From contig CAVPSB010000025.1 of assembly GCA_963708025.1 (NCBI GenBank), positions 128,001 to 192,000 of the forward strand: a stretch of 64,000 bases of DNA, written 5' to 3'. Below are positions 48,879 through 58,500 of the stretch, in pieces. A model generated the notes under the pieces. That model was not told the origin of the DNA. It saw nothing but the letters and a program-made list of their open reading frames with translations, and searched no databases. The position numbers and the translations under genes were made by a program. This DNA comes from an uncultured Candidatus Rokubacteria bacterium. GTDB lineage: Bacteria > Methylomirabilota > Methylomirabilia > Rokubacteriales > DASRDR01. The first letter of the stretch is position 1. The number at the start of each line of letters is the position of its first letter.

Positions 48879-48944
48879 GTCGTTTCGGGCCCCTGACCGT
48901 CGCGATCTCCATGTCGGCCGTGGCCCGGTCGTTTTTCGGTCCGG

Positions 48945-49136
48945 TCACACCGCCTTGGCGACCTTGCCGGAGCGCAAGCAGCGGGTGCACACCCGGACCC
49001 GGCGGGTCCGGCCGTTCACGACCGCCCGGACGTTTGCCAGGTTCGGCAGCCATCGCCGCCTGGAGACGTTGTGAGCGTGGCTGATCTGGTTACCGACCAC
49101 GGGGCCCTTGCCGCAGTAATCGCAGCGCTGCGCCAT
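48945..49136 (-). CDS. rpmB: 50S ribosomal protein L28 (Zn-binding type)
   Basis: MAQRCDYCGKGPVVGNQISHAHNVSRRRWLPNL...VCTRCLRSGKV. Confidence 0.97.
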   Translation of the reverse strand: MAQRCDYCGKGPVVGNQISHAHNVSRRRWLPNLANVRAVVNGRTRRVRVCTRCLRSGKVAKAV

Positions 49137-49172
49137 GCGCGACTCCTCAAAAGAAATGACGCCCCTTCTGCC

Positions 49173-49816
49173 GCGGGGCGACGCACTTCTATACCACGCT
49201 GGGAGCCGCGAAACAAGCGGGGATTTCGCGGCCAGCCCGCAACCCGGCGTCCTGGCGCGGCTTTTCGATGCGGATCGGCGAATCGCCCGCCTCAGGGGAA
49301 CCCCGGATGCCTGCGGCGAGGGGGGAGTGGGCCGATGGAACGGCGTGTGGCCGGACTGGTCACCAGCCGCAGGATGTGTTACCAACAGGCGTGCCGGTGA
49401 CGGAGCTGCTGGAGTGAACGGACAGCCAGACGAGTCGAAGCTGGACGTCGTGCGGGCCTACCTGAGCCGGGCATTTCCCGGGCACGACCAGCTCGACCAC
49501 CTGAGCCTTCGCCGCCGTGGGGTCCTCTTCCAGATCCTGAGCCGTGGGCGGCTCGTGCATCGGCTCGTCGTGCCCGAGACGTTCCTGGCGGACCACCCGG
49601 CATCGGAGATCGCAGAGCTGCTCGAGGCCCACCACATCGCGACCGTCCTCGGCCAGGCGGCCTGGCGCATCGTGGTCCTGGCGGACGACGGTCCCAGCAT
49701 CCAGGAAGAACCGACGTAGCGGCTCCGGCGCGGTGTTCGAGCACCGTCCAGTCGGTGCCGGCCGACCCCTCGGGATGACGATGGGGCTTGCTGCGGGGCG
49801 ACGCACTTCTATACCA
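49173..49816. repeat. 24-bp direct repeats (49173-49196 and 49793-49816) flanking a small ORF
   Basis: GCGGGGCGACGCACTTCTATACCA occurs twice. Confidence 0.85.
49414..49719 (+). CDS. hypothetical protein (101 aa)
   Basis: GTG start, globular-looking translation, coding-like codon usage. Confidence 0.6.
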   Translation: MNGQPDESKLDVVRAYLSRAFPGHDQLDHLSLRRRGVLFQILSRGRLVHRLVVPETFLADHPASEIAELLEAHHIATVLGQAAWRIVVLADDGPSIQEEPT

Positions 49817-49826
49817 TGAACGCGCG

Positions 49827-51992
49827 GTGACACAAGCCCGCCCGCCTGGCCGGTCCCCCGAAGTCCTCGCGGCGCCGGCCTCCCCGAGCGCCCCCCCCGC
49901 GATCCGGGACAGCGAGGGCGGACTCGGCATGGCGCTCCAGTACCTGAAGGGCGTCGGCCCCCAGCGGGCCCGCCTCCTCGAGCGGATCGGGCTGCGCACC
50001 GTCGGTGACGCCCTGGACCGGTTCCCCCGCCGCTACGAGGACCGCCGCGAGGTGGTGCCGTTCCGGAAGCTCCGGGTCGGGGAGGCCCAGCCGACCGGTG
50101 GGACGGTCGTGGGCGTCTCGGCCCCGCCCCGCGGCCGGTCGCGCGTCCCCCTGACGGTCCTCTTCCGGGACCAGTCCGGCTTCTTCTCGGGTCTCTGGTT
50201 CAACCAGCCGTACCTGGCGCAGCTCTTCAAGCGCGGCCAGCGCGTGTTCCTCTACGGCAAGGTCGTCCCGGGCCGCGGCCGGGGCCCGCTCCAGATGCAG
50301 AACGCGGAGTTCGAGATCGTGGAGGACGACGAAGAGGCCTCCCTTCACATGGGGCGCATCGTGCCGGTCTACGGCCTCACCGAGGGGCTCACCCAGCGGC
50401 CGATGCGGAGCCTGCTCCACCGGATCGTCGAGCGTCACGCGCGGGAGGTCACCGACGCGCTGCCGGAGGCGCTGCGCCGGCACCGCGATCTCCTGCCGGC
50501 CGCCGAGGCATACCGGGCCATCCACTTCCCGGACGCGCTGGAGGCGGCCGAGGCCGCGCGCCGTCGCTTCGTCTTCGAGGACTTCCTCCTGCTCCAGGTC
50601 GGGCTCGCCATCCGGCGCCGTCGGGAGGCCGCCCGGCCCGGCCACACCATCGCGCCGCCGGGCCGGCTGGTGGCGCGCCTCCTGGAAGGCCTCCCGTTCA
50701 CGCTGACGGCCGCCCAGCGGCGCGTGTGGGAGGAGATCCGGGCGGACCTCGCGCGGCCGACGCCGATGAACCGCCTGCTGCAGGGCGACGTCGGCTCCGG
50801 GAAGACCGTCGTGGCGGTCATGGCGCTGCTGACCGCCGTCGAGGCGGGGTTCCAGGGCGTCCTCATGGCGCCGACCGAGATCCTGGCCGAGCAGCATTTC
50901 GGCACCGTGCAGCGCCTCGTCGAGCCGCTCGGCCTGCCGCTGGCGCTGCTCAGCTCCGGCCAGAAGGGCAAGGCGCGCGAGGCGGCGCTGGCCGCCGTGG
51001 CCAGCGGGGCCGCGCCGCTCGTGGTCGGCACCCATGCCCTCATCCAGGACGCGGTCCTCTTCCACCGGCTCGGCCTGGCCGTCGTCGACGAGCAGCACCG
51101 CTTCGGCGTCCTTCAGCGGGCGACGCTGCGGGCGAAGGGCCGGCACCCCGACGTGCTGGTCATGACCGCGACGCCGATCCCCCGCACGCTCGCCCTCACG
51201 CTCTACGGGGACCTCGACGTCTCCGTGCTCGACGAGCTGCCGCCGGGCCGCCAGCGCATCACCACGGCCTGGCGCTCCGAGGCCAAGCGGCGGGAGATCT
51301 ACGACTTCATCCGGAAGGAGCTGGAGCAGGGCCGCCAGGCCTACGTCGTCTATCCGCTGGTGGAGGAGACGGAAGCATCCGACCTGAAGGCGGCGACGGC
51401 GATGGCCGACCGCCTCGCCCGGGAAGTGTTCCCCGACCGCCGGGTGGGCCTGATCCACGGCCGCCTGCCCTTCGACGTCAAGGACACCGTCATGCGCGCG
51501 TTCAAGGCCGGCGAGCTCGACGTGCTGGTCGCCACCACCGTGATCGAGGTCGGCATCGACGTGGCGAACGCCAGCGTCATGCTGATCGAGCACGCCGAGC
51601 GCTTCGGCCTCGCCCAGCTCCACCAGCTCCGCGGGCGGGTCGGGCGGGGCCCCGCCCGCTCCTACTGCATCCTGCTCGCCTCGGGGCTCCTCTCGGACGA
51701 GGCGCAGCGGCGGCTCCAGGCGATGTGCGAGACGCAGGACGGCTTCCGCATCGCCGAGGCCGACCTGGAGATCCGCGGCCCGGGCGAGTTCTTCGGAACC
51801 CGCCAGGCGGGGCTGCCCGAGTTCCGGGCGGCGAACCTGCTGACCGACGCCCGCCTGCTCGAGGAGGCCCGCCAGGACGCGCTCGCCCTCGTCGAGCGCG
51901 ATCCCGGCCTGCGCCTTCCGGAGCACCACGCCCTCCGTGACGCGCTGGTCAGCCGCTGGCGCGAGAAGCTCGACCTGGCCTCGGTGGGCTAA
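49827..51992 (+). CDS. recG: ATP-dependent DNA helicase RecG (start uncertain)
   Basis: LKGVGP, MNRLLQGDVGSGKT, MAPTEILAEQH, DEQHRFG, MTATPIPRTL, QLHQLRGRVGRG. Confidence 0.96.
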   Translation: MTQARPPGRSPEVLAAPASPSAPPAIRDSEGGLGMALQYLKGVGPQRARLLERIGLRTVGDALDRFPRRYEDRREVVPFRKLRVGEAQPTGGTVVGVSAPPRGRSRVPLTVLFRDQSGFFSGLWFNQPYLAQLFKRGQRVFLYGKVVPGRGRGPLQMQNAEFEIVEDDEEASLHMGRIVPVYGLTEGLTQRPMRSLLHRIVERHAREVTDALPEALRRHRDLLPAAEAYRAIHFPDALEAAEAARRRFVFEDFLLLQVGLAIRRRREAARPGHTIAPPGRLVARLLEGLPFTLTAAQRRVWEEIRADLARPTPMNRLLQGDVGSGKTVVAVMALLTAVEAGFQGVLMAPTEILAEQHFGTVQRLVEPLGLPLALLSSGQKGKAREAALAAVASGAAPLVVGTHALIQDAVLFHRLGLAVVDEQHRFGVLQRATLRAKGRHPDVLVMTATPIPRTLALTLYGDLDVSVLDELPPGRQRITTAWRSEAKRREIYDFIRKELEQGRQAYVVYPLVEETEASDLKAATAMADRLAREVFPDRRVGLIHGRLPFDVKDTVMRAFKAGELDVLVATTVIEVGIDVANASVMLIEHAERFGLAQLHQLRGRVGRGPARSYCILLASGLLSDEAQRRLQAMCETQDGFRIAEADLEIRGPGEFFGTRQAGLPEFRAANLLTDARLLEEARQDALALVERDPGLRLPEHHALRDALVSRWREKLDLASVG

Positions 51993-51993
51993 C

Positions 51994-52551
51994 ATGCGGG
52001 TCATCGGAGGCCAGGATCGGGGCCGGCGCCTGCGGTCACCCCGGGGCTCGCGGACGCGGCCGACGGCGGACCGGATGCGCGTCACGCTCTTCGACATCCT
52101 GGGGCCGGCGATCGACGGCATGCGGGTGCTCGACCTGTTCGCCGGGACCGGCGCGGTCGGGATCGAGGCGCTCTCCCGCGGCGCCGGGCGCGCGGTCTTC
52201 GTCGAGCGCGACCGCGATGCGCTGCGCGCGCTCCGCGCCAACCTGGCCGCCTTGCGCCTCGGGCGCGAGCAGGCCCGCGTGGTGGCGGGCGATGCCCTCG
52301 CCATCCTGCCGGCGCTCCCGGCCAGCGAGCTCGCCTTCGACCTGGTCTTCCTCGATCCGCCGTACGCGGGGGGACTGGCCGCCCGCGCGCTGGCCGCGCT
52401 CGCCGGGAGCCCGCTCCTGCGACCGGGGACGCGCGTCGTCGTGCAGCACTCGGCCCGGGCGCCGCTCCCGGTGCCGCCGGGACTCCGGGTGCCGCGCCCG
52501 GCGCGCGCTTTCGGCGATACCGCCTTGACTTTCCTGGAGGCGGAAGGGTAG
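51994..52551 (+). CDS. rsmD: 16S rRNA m2G966 methyltransferase
   Basis: MRVIGG..RGR.L, TRPT.DR, LDLFAGTG..GIEALSRG, FLDPPY. Confidence 0.93.
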   Translation: MRVIGGQDRGRRLRSPRGSRTRPTADRMRVTLFDILGPAIDGMRVLDLFAGTGAVGIEALSRGAGRAVFVERDRDALRALRANLAALRLGREQARVVAGDALAILPALPASELAFDLVFLDPPYAGGLAARALAALAGSPLLRPGTRVVVQHSARAPLPVPPGLRVPRPARAFGDTALTFLEAEG

Positions 52552-52641
52552 ACTCCGGGCGGTTCGAGGCCCGCGTGGCAGATCACGAGCACCCGGAAGA
52601 CGGCCCCGTCCTCCACGTCCCCGCCTGAGAGCGCCGAAAGC

Positions 52642-53127
52642 GTGGCGACCCGCGCGGTCTATCCGGGGTCTTTCGACCCGCTCACCAACGGGCACCTGGA
52701 CCTCATCGAGCGCAGCCTCCGGATCTTCGACGAGCTGATCGTCGCCGTGGTCACCAACCCGGCCAAGACGGCGCTGTTCACCGACCCCGAGCGGGTGGAG
52801 ATGATCCGGGAGGCGACGCGCAGCCTCCGGCACATCGAGATCATGGTCTTCGAGGGGCTGCTGGTGGACTTCGTGACGAAGGTCGGCGCCCGCGCGATCA
52901 TCCGGGGGCTCCGGGCCGTCTCGGACTTCGAGTACGAGTTCCAGATGGCCCTCATGAACCGGAAGCTCCGCGAGGAGGTCGAGACGGTCTTCCTGATGCC
53001 GCACGAGGCCTACTCCTACATCTCCTCGCGCCTGATCAAGGAGGTCGCCGGGTACGGCGGCTCCGTCACCGGCCTGGTGCCGCCGGGGGTGGAGAAGCGG
53101 CTGGCCACCAAGTTCCCCCGCCGCTAG
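52642..53127 (+). CDS. coaD: pantetheine-phosphate adenylyltransferase
   Basis: YPGSFDPLTNGHLD, IRGLRAVSDFEYE, ISS.LIKEVA. Confidence 0.96.
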   Translation: MATRAVYPGSFDPLTNGHLDLIERSLRIFDELIVAVVTNPAKTALFTDPERVEMIREATRSLRHIEIMVFEGLLVDFVTKVGARAIIRGLRAVSDFEYEFQMALMNRKLREEVETVFLMPHEAYSYISSRLIKEVAGYGGSVTGLVPPGVEKRLATKFPRR

Positions 53128-53130
53128 CGC

Positions 53131-53270
53131 GCGCCGTGCCGATACCCGTCGCATCGCGTCGTTGTTCGGCGGCCTCGGGGGGTCGTCGCCGATCCTCGGC
53201 GTACTCGGAGTACGCCTGCGGTCGGCGACTCCCTGCGTCCGTAGCGGCTGCTCGGGTCTCGGCCCGGCGC
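53131..53270 (+). repeat. REP-like family A element
   Basis: GCGCCGTGCCGA...GGCGTAC-tcgga-GTACGCC...GCGACTCCCTGCGTCC...TCGGCCCGGCGC. Confidence 0.85.
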
Positions 53271-53316
53271 AGGGGGCGGTAATGCGACCGATGTTCGTCG
53301 GGAAGAAAGCGGTGGC

Positions 53317-54504
53317 GTGCTGAGTGAGCGTGCGCGGCGCCTGGCGCCGTCTCCCACCCTCGCCATCACCGCCCGGGCGCGCGCCCTGCGCGCGCAGGGC
53401 GTCAACGTGATCTCGTTCGGCGCCGGGGAGCCGGACTTCGACACGCCCGAGCGGGTGAAGGCGGCGGCCGTCCGGGCCATCGCCGAGGGGCAGACCAAGT
53501 ACACCGACACCCCCGGGATCCCCGAGCTGCGGGCCGCCGTGTGCGCGAAGCTCAAGCGCGACAACGGCCTGGACTACGAGCCGGCCGACGTCATCGTGTC
53601 CGTCGGCGCCAAGCACTCCCTCTACAACATCTGCTCCGTGCTGGTTGGCCCCGGCGACGAGGTGCTGATTCCCGCGCCCTACTGGGTCAGCTACACCGAG
53701 CAGGTGCGGCTCTGCGAGGGGACGCCGGTGCCGGTGCCGACCGACGAGGCCCGCGGCTTCCAGCTCGACCTCGCCGCCCTCCGCTCGGCGGTCACGCCCC
53801 GCACGAAGCTCCTGATCCTCAACACGCCCAACAACCCGACCGGCGCCGTCTTCCCGCGGGAGGACCTCCAGGCGGTGGCCACCCTCGCCCTGGAGCGCGG
53901 CTTCCGGGTGGTGGCCGACGAGTGCTACGACGCCCTCTCCTACGAGGGGCGCGTCCCGTCGATCGCGGCCCTCGGCCCCGAGATCAAGGCCCGCACCCTG
54001 GTCGTCAACACGTGCTCCAAGGCGTACGCGATGACCGGCTGGCGGATCGGCTACGCGGCGGGGCCGCGCGAGATCGTCCGCGCGATGGCCGACTTCCAGA
54101 GCCAGTGCACGTCGAACCCCGCGTCGATGGCCCAGTGGGGCGCCGTCGAGGCGCTGACCGGTCCCCAGGACGACGTGGCGAAGATGGCCGGGGAGTTCGA
54201 CCGGCGGCGGCGGGCGATCGTCGAGGGCCTGAACCGGATCCCCGGCGTCCGCTGCCGGATGCCCCAGGGCGCGTTCTACGCGTTCCCCGACGTCTCGGGG
54301 CTCTTCGGCCAGCGATGGCGTGACCGGCCGCTCGCCAGTTCGGGCGACGTCACGGCCTGCTGGCTGGACGAGGCGCGGGTCGCCGTGGTGCCCGGCGCCG
54401 ACTTCGGCTCCGACCGCCACGTCCGGCTGTCGTACGCGTGCGGCATCGAGACGATCCGCGAGGGCCTGCGCCGGATCGAGGCGGTGTGCTCCGGCCTCTT
54501 CTAG
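53317..54504 (+). CDS. class I/II PLP aminotransferase (aspartate aminotransferase-like)
   Basis: GEPDFDTP, PYWVSY, NTPNNPTG, DECY, SKAYAMTGWRIGY. Confidence 0.92.
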   Translation: MLSERARRLAPSPTLAITARARALRAQGVNVISFGAGEPDFDTPERVKAAAVRAIAEGQTKYTDTPGIPELRAAVCAKLKRDNGLDYEPADVIVSVGAKHSLYNICSVLVGPGDEVLIPAPYWVSYTEQVRLCEGTPVPVPTDEARGFQLDLAALRSAVTPRTKLLILNTPNNPTGAVFPREDLQAVATLALERGFRVVADECYDALSYEGRVPSIAALGPEIKARTLVVNTCSKAYAMTGWRIGYAAGPREIVRAMADFQSQCTSNPASMAQWGAVEALTGPQDDVAKMAGEFDRRRRAIVEGLNRIPGVRCRMPQGAFYAFPDVSGLFGQRWRDRPLASSGDVTACWLDEARVAVVPGADFGSDRHVRLSYACGIETIREGLRRIEAVCSGLF

Positions 54505-54505
54505 G

Positions 54506-55522
54506 ATGACCGACCCGAGCTGGGAAGCCGCGGTGGCCCGGGCGGCCGACGCCCGAGTGATGCTCGTGATGGGCGAGACCGATGCCGGCAAGACGAGCTT
54601 CACGACGTTCCTGGCCGGGGCCCTCCTGGAGCGGGGCGCCTCGGTGGGCGTCGTCGATGCGGACCTCGGGCAGTCCGACATCGGTCCCCCCACCACGGTG
54701 GGCCTCGGCCGCCTGCGGCTCCCGGTCGAGCGGCTCGAGGACGCGGAGGTCGTGGGGCTCTACTTCGTCGGCGCCACGTCGCCCCAGGGCCACCTGCTGC
54801 CGACCGTCGCCGGGACGCGGGCCATGGTCCAGAAGGCGCTGCGGCTCGGGTTCGACCGCGTCATCGTCGATACCTCGGGCCTCGTCCAGGGCGAGCTGGG
54901 CCGCCTGCTGAAGCAGCACAAGATCGACCTGGTCGAGCCCGACCTGGTCCTGGTCCTCCAGCGGAGCGGCGAGTGCGAGCACATCCTCCGCCCCTACGCC
55001 GCCGGCGACCGGCCGACCGTCCTGCGGCTCGCCCCCGCCGCGGCCGGCCGGCGGCGCTCGCAGGAAGAGCGCCGCCAGCACCGCGAGCGGAGCCTGCAGG
55101 CCTACCTCGCCGGCAGCCGGGCGGTCTCGCTCGACCTCGGCCGCGTGATCCTCCGCCAGCCCGCGCTCTACGTCGGCCAGCCCCTGCCGCCCCGGCAGGT
55201 GGAGGACCTGGCGGTCGTGCTCGACGACATGGTGCTGTGGGCGGAGCGGCGGGGAAACGAGCTGGTCGTGGTCACGCCCGATCCCCTCAAGGAGCCGCAG
55301 GTCCGCCAGATCCAGAAGCGCCACGAGGATCTCGGGCTCGCCAACTACTCGCTCGACGACTTCCAGGGCGTGCTGGCGGGTCTCGACGACGCCCGGCGGG
55401 AGACCCTGGGGCTGGGCGTCGTCCGGTCGATCGACTTCGCCAAGCAGACGATGGTGGTCGAGACGCCGGTGCCGGAGACGGAGATCGCCGCGGTGCGGCT
55501 CGGCCGCCACAAGCTCCGCTGA
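54506..55522 (+). CDS. Clp1-family polynucleotide 5'-hydroxyl kinase
   Basis: GETDAGKT P-loop, DADLGQSDIGPP, DTSG, R.S.EERR..RE lid. Confidence 0.82.
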   Translation: MTDPSWEAAVARAADARVMLVMGETDAGKTSFTTFLAGALLERGASVGVVDADLGQSDIGPPTTVGLGRLRLPVERLEDAEVVGLYFVGATSPQGHLLPTVAGTRAMVQKALRLGFDRVIVDTSGLVQGELGRLLKQHKIDLVEPDLVLVLQRSGECEHILRPYAAGDRPTVLRLAPAAAGRRRSQEERRQHRERSLQAYLAGSRAVSLDLGRVILRQPALYVGQPLPPRQVEDLAVVLDDMVLWAERRGNELVVVTPDPLKEPQVRQIQKRHEDLGLANYSLDDFQGVLAGLDDARRETLGLGVVRSIDFAKQTMVVETPVPETEIAAVRLGRHKLR

Positions 55523-55530
55523 CGCGGAGG

Positions 55531-58500
55531 CTACTCGACGGCGTACAGCGTGACCTGCGCCCTGTCGGCGTGGCGGGAGAGCACGGCGAGTCGATCGCCC
55601 GCGAGGGCCAGCTCGTGCGGCCGGTCGGATCCCGGCGGGAGCGGCAGCCGCCGGATCCGGGGCGCCGACAGGTCGACGAGCACCGCCTCGGTGCCGATCC
55701 AGGCCGCCAGGCGGCCGCCGGCGAGCACGGGGCCGCTGAGGGAGCCCGGGATCCAGCCGATGCAGTGCCGGTCGCCGCTCTCCGGATCGATCCGCCACAG
55801 CCAGGTGCGCGGGCCGTCCCACGACAGGCAGACGAAGCCGGTGCCGGCCGGCGTGGGGCCGAGACACTGGACGTCGAGCTCCGAGGTCAGGAGGTGCCGG
55901 CTGCCTCCCGGAGCGAGCAGCCAGACGTCCGAGCGCGGGTGGAACGCCGGTGACACGATCCACTGGACCAGCTGCGCCAGCCGCCCGAGCCGCCGGAGCG
56001 GAAGCCGCGGAGTTTCCGTGTAGCTCGCGTCCAGCGCCAGGGCGGCGCCGGGGGCGGTGATGTACAGGAGATCCTCGGGATCGACCCGGTCGGGCAGGGG
56101 CAGCCGGGTCTCCCCGACCACGTGGCCGCCGCCCGTTCCCGTGATCAGCACGAGCTCCGCAGGCTCGAAGGAGAGTGCCAGGGCCTGCCACGCGCCGGTG
56201 GCCGGGTCGATCGCGAGGTCGCGGGTGTCGATCGAGGGGAGGGGACGGCGCCAGACCGGGATCCGCGGGTCGTCCGCGTTCACCAGCTGGAGCTCCCGTC
56301 CGCCATCGGAGCCGGCCAGAGCCAGCAGGCGGTCGTCGGAGAGGAAGCGGATGGCCGCCCCCTCGATCTCGCGAGAGCCGCCGGAGAACGCCCCCACCCG
56401 GTTGGCCGGGACTCGCCTCCCGAGCGGTCCGGTCAAGCCCACGACCGTGTAGCGGGTCCCGGAGGGCGAGAGACGGAGGCGCCTCGCGCTCACGCCGAGC
56501 GGCGTCCGGCCGAGAAGCCGCAGCGAGCCCCCGGTCTCGTCGAGTCGCGCGGCGGTGCCGAGGAAAGGGTCCCGTCCGAAGCGGTCGAGGAACCAGTGGG
56601 ACCCGAGCCCCACCGGCAGGACGGCGAGGAGCGCCAGCCCCGCGGCCACCGCGCGGGCGCGGGCCCGCGGCCGGGTGGCGAGCATGGCGGCCAGGCCGAG
56701 CAGGGCCACGGTAAAGGCCGGCGGTCCCATCGCGGCCTGGTGAAGGCGCACGGCGCCGCCTCCCGCCGCCGCCGTCGCGAGCAGGGGCAGCGCGGTGACC
56801 AGGGCGATCAGCCCGAGGCCGATGCCGGCCGCCCACTCTCCGGCGCGGCTCCGCTCGCCACCCCGGATCCGTGCCAGAGCGAGGGCCAGGGCCAGCCCGC
56901 CCGTGATCGCGGCGGCCGCCGGCGATGCGCCGAGCGGCATGGCGTACCACGTCGCCCAGGGTCCGAGGAGCGCCGCCAGCGCCGCGGCGAGGGTCACCGC
57001 GCCGTAGGCGGCGAGCGGGGCCGGCCCCGGTCGGACGAGCAGCACGCTGCCGAGCACCAGCGCGGCCAGGGCATTCGACGCCCCGTACCCGAAGCAGAGG
57101 CCGAGCAGCGTCAGGGCGACGAGGAGCGCCGGGTGGTGGACGAGACCGACGGGGGCGCGCCCGAGCTGCCCGTCGACCGCGTCGAGCACCGACTGGACGG
57201 TGCCGACGTCCTCGGGACGGAGCGGCACCGACCAGGTCGCGCCGGACCGGCTGCTGCCGGTGAGGGAGGCCGAGCCGGTGATCCCGACCTGCACGCGCAG
57301 ATCGGTGAGCTCGCCGTACGGCACGGTCTCGGTCGCCGGCCGGGCGCCCAGGATCGCCGGATCGGCAGGGGTCCCGGCCGGGATCCCGCTGACGCGCTGG
57401 AGCCGGTTGGCGTGGAGGACGAGGAACCGGCCGGGCTTTCGCGAGGCGAACGCGCGGGGCAGCTCGAGCGCCGCCGCGGGCGCGCCGGCCGCGTCCCGGA
57501 TGGCCTGGAGGCGACGCGCGAGGCTCGGATGCGAGAGCGTTCGCTCGGCGGCGATGGCCCAGCGACGCGGCAGCCGGGCGAGCCGGTGGAGCTTCACGAG
57601 CGCCCGGCCCACGGCGTCCGAGTCGCCGCACAGCTCCACCGCCCGGCGGTCGCTCCAGCTCTCGTGGGCCTTGTGGGCGGCGGCCCTGAGGAAGAACGCC
57701 CCGAACACGGCCACCCCCCAGCCGAGCCCGATGAGGGACGCCGAATCGGGGAGTCTCGCCTGCAGCAGCGGAACCCCGGGAACCCCGGCGAGGATCGCCA
57801 GCCAGGTGGCCCCGCGCAACCGGGCGAGCCGCCTGCGGTCGTAGTGCTCGAGATGCGCGACCTCGTGCGCGAAGATCGCCGCGACCTCGTCGGGCTGCAA
57901 CAGCTCGAGCAGCGGGTCGGTGATCAGCACCGCGGACCCGCGGCTGGACGCGAGCGCGAAGGCGTTGGCGAGCCGGCCGCCGGGTGTCCCCGCCCGGTAG
58001 AGGAGCGGCGGGGCGATGCGCGAGCGGGCGAGGATCGCCGCGAACCGGGGCGCGAGATCGGCCCGGTCGAGCGGCGTCGCGCCCAGCAGCCACAGTAAGA
58101 CGGCCGAGTAGCGCGCCTCCCAGGCGAGCAGCAGCGCGGCGAGGCCGACGATCGCCGGCCAGCGGGCCGGCCCCTCCGCGGGCACGTAGCTCGGGGCGCA
58201 CGCGAGGAGCAGCCAGAAGCCGAGGAGTCCGAGCGCGAGCCGCACGGTGTGGGCGACGTACGCGGGAAAGCGCCACGTCTCCCCGTAGAGCGTCCGGCGC
58301 ATGGGGAACCCGCCGGCGAGGAGGGCGAGGAGCATCAGGCCGTACGCCCACAGCACCCAGGGCGTCACCAGGATGCCCTCGGCGACCATGACCACAGCCG
58401 CGACCAGCGTGAGGCGAGACCGGTGCTCGGTCAGGCGCTCCGGCAGGGCGGCGTCGTCCCCGAGGCGGACGAGCGCGCGGCCCCACCACCAGGCCAGCAG

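Noticed and set aside
48515-49084. Acidic 189-aa ORF reading EEEE through the Lys repeats
   Set aside because: It overlaps rpmB antisense, and the SD sequences are spaced for the short Lys frames.
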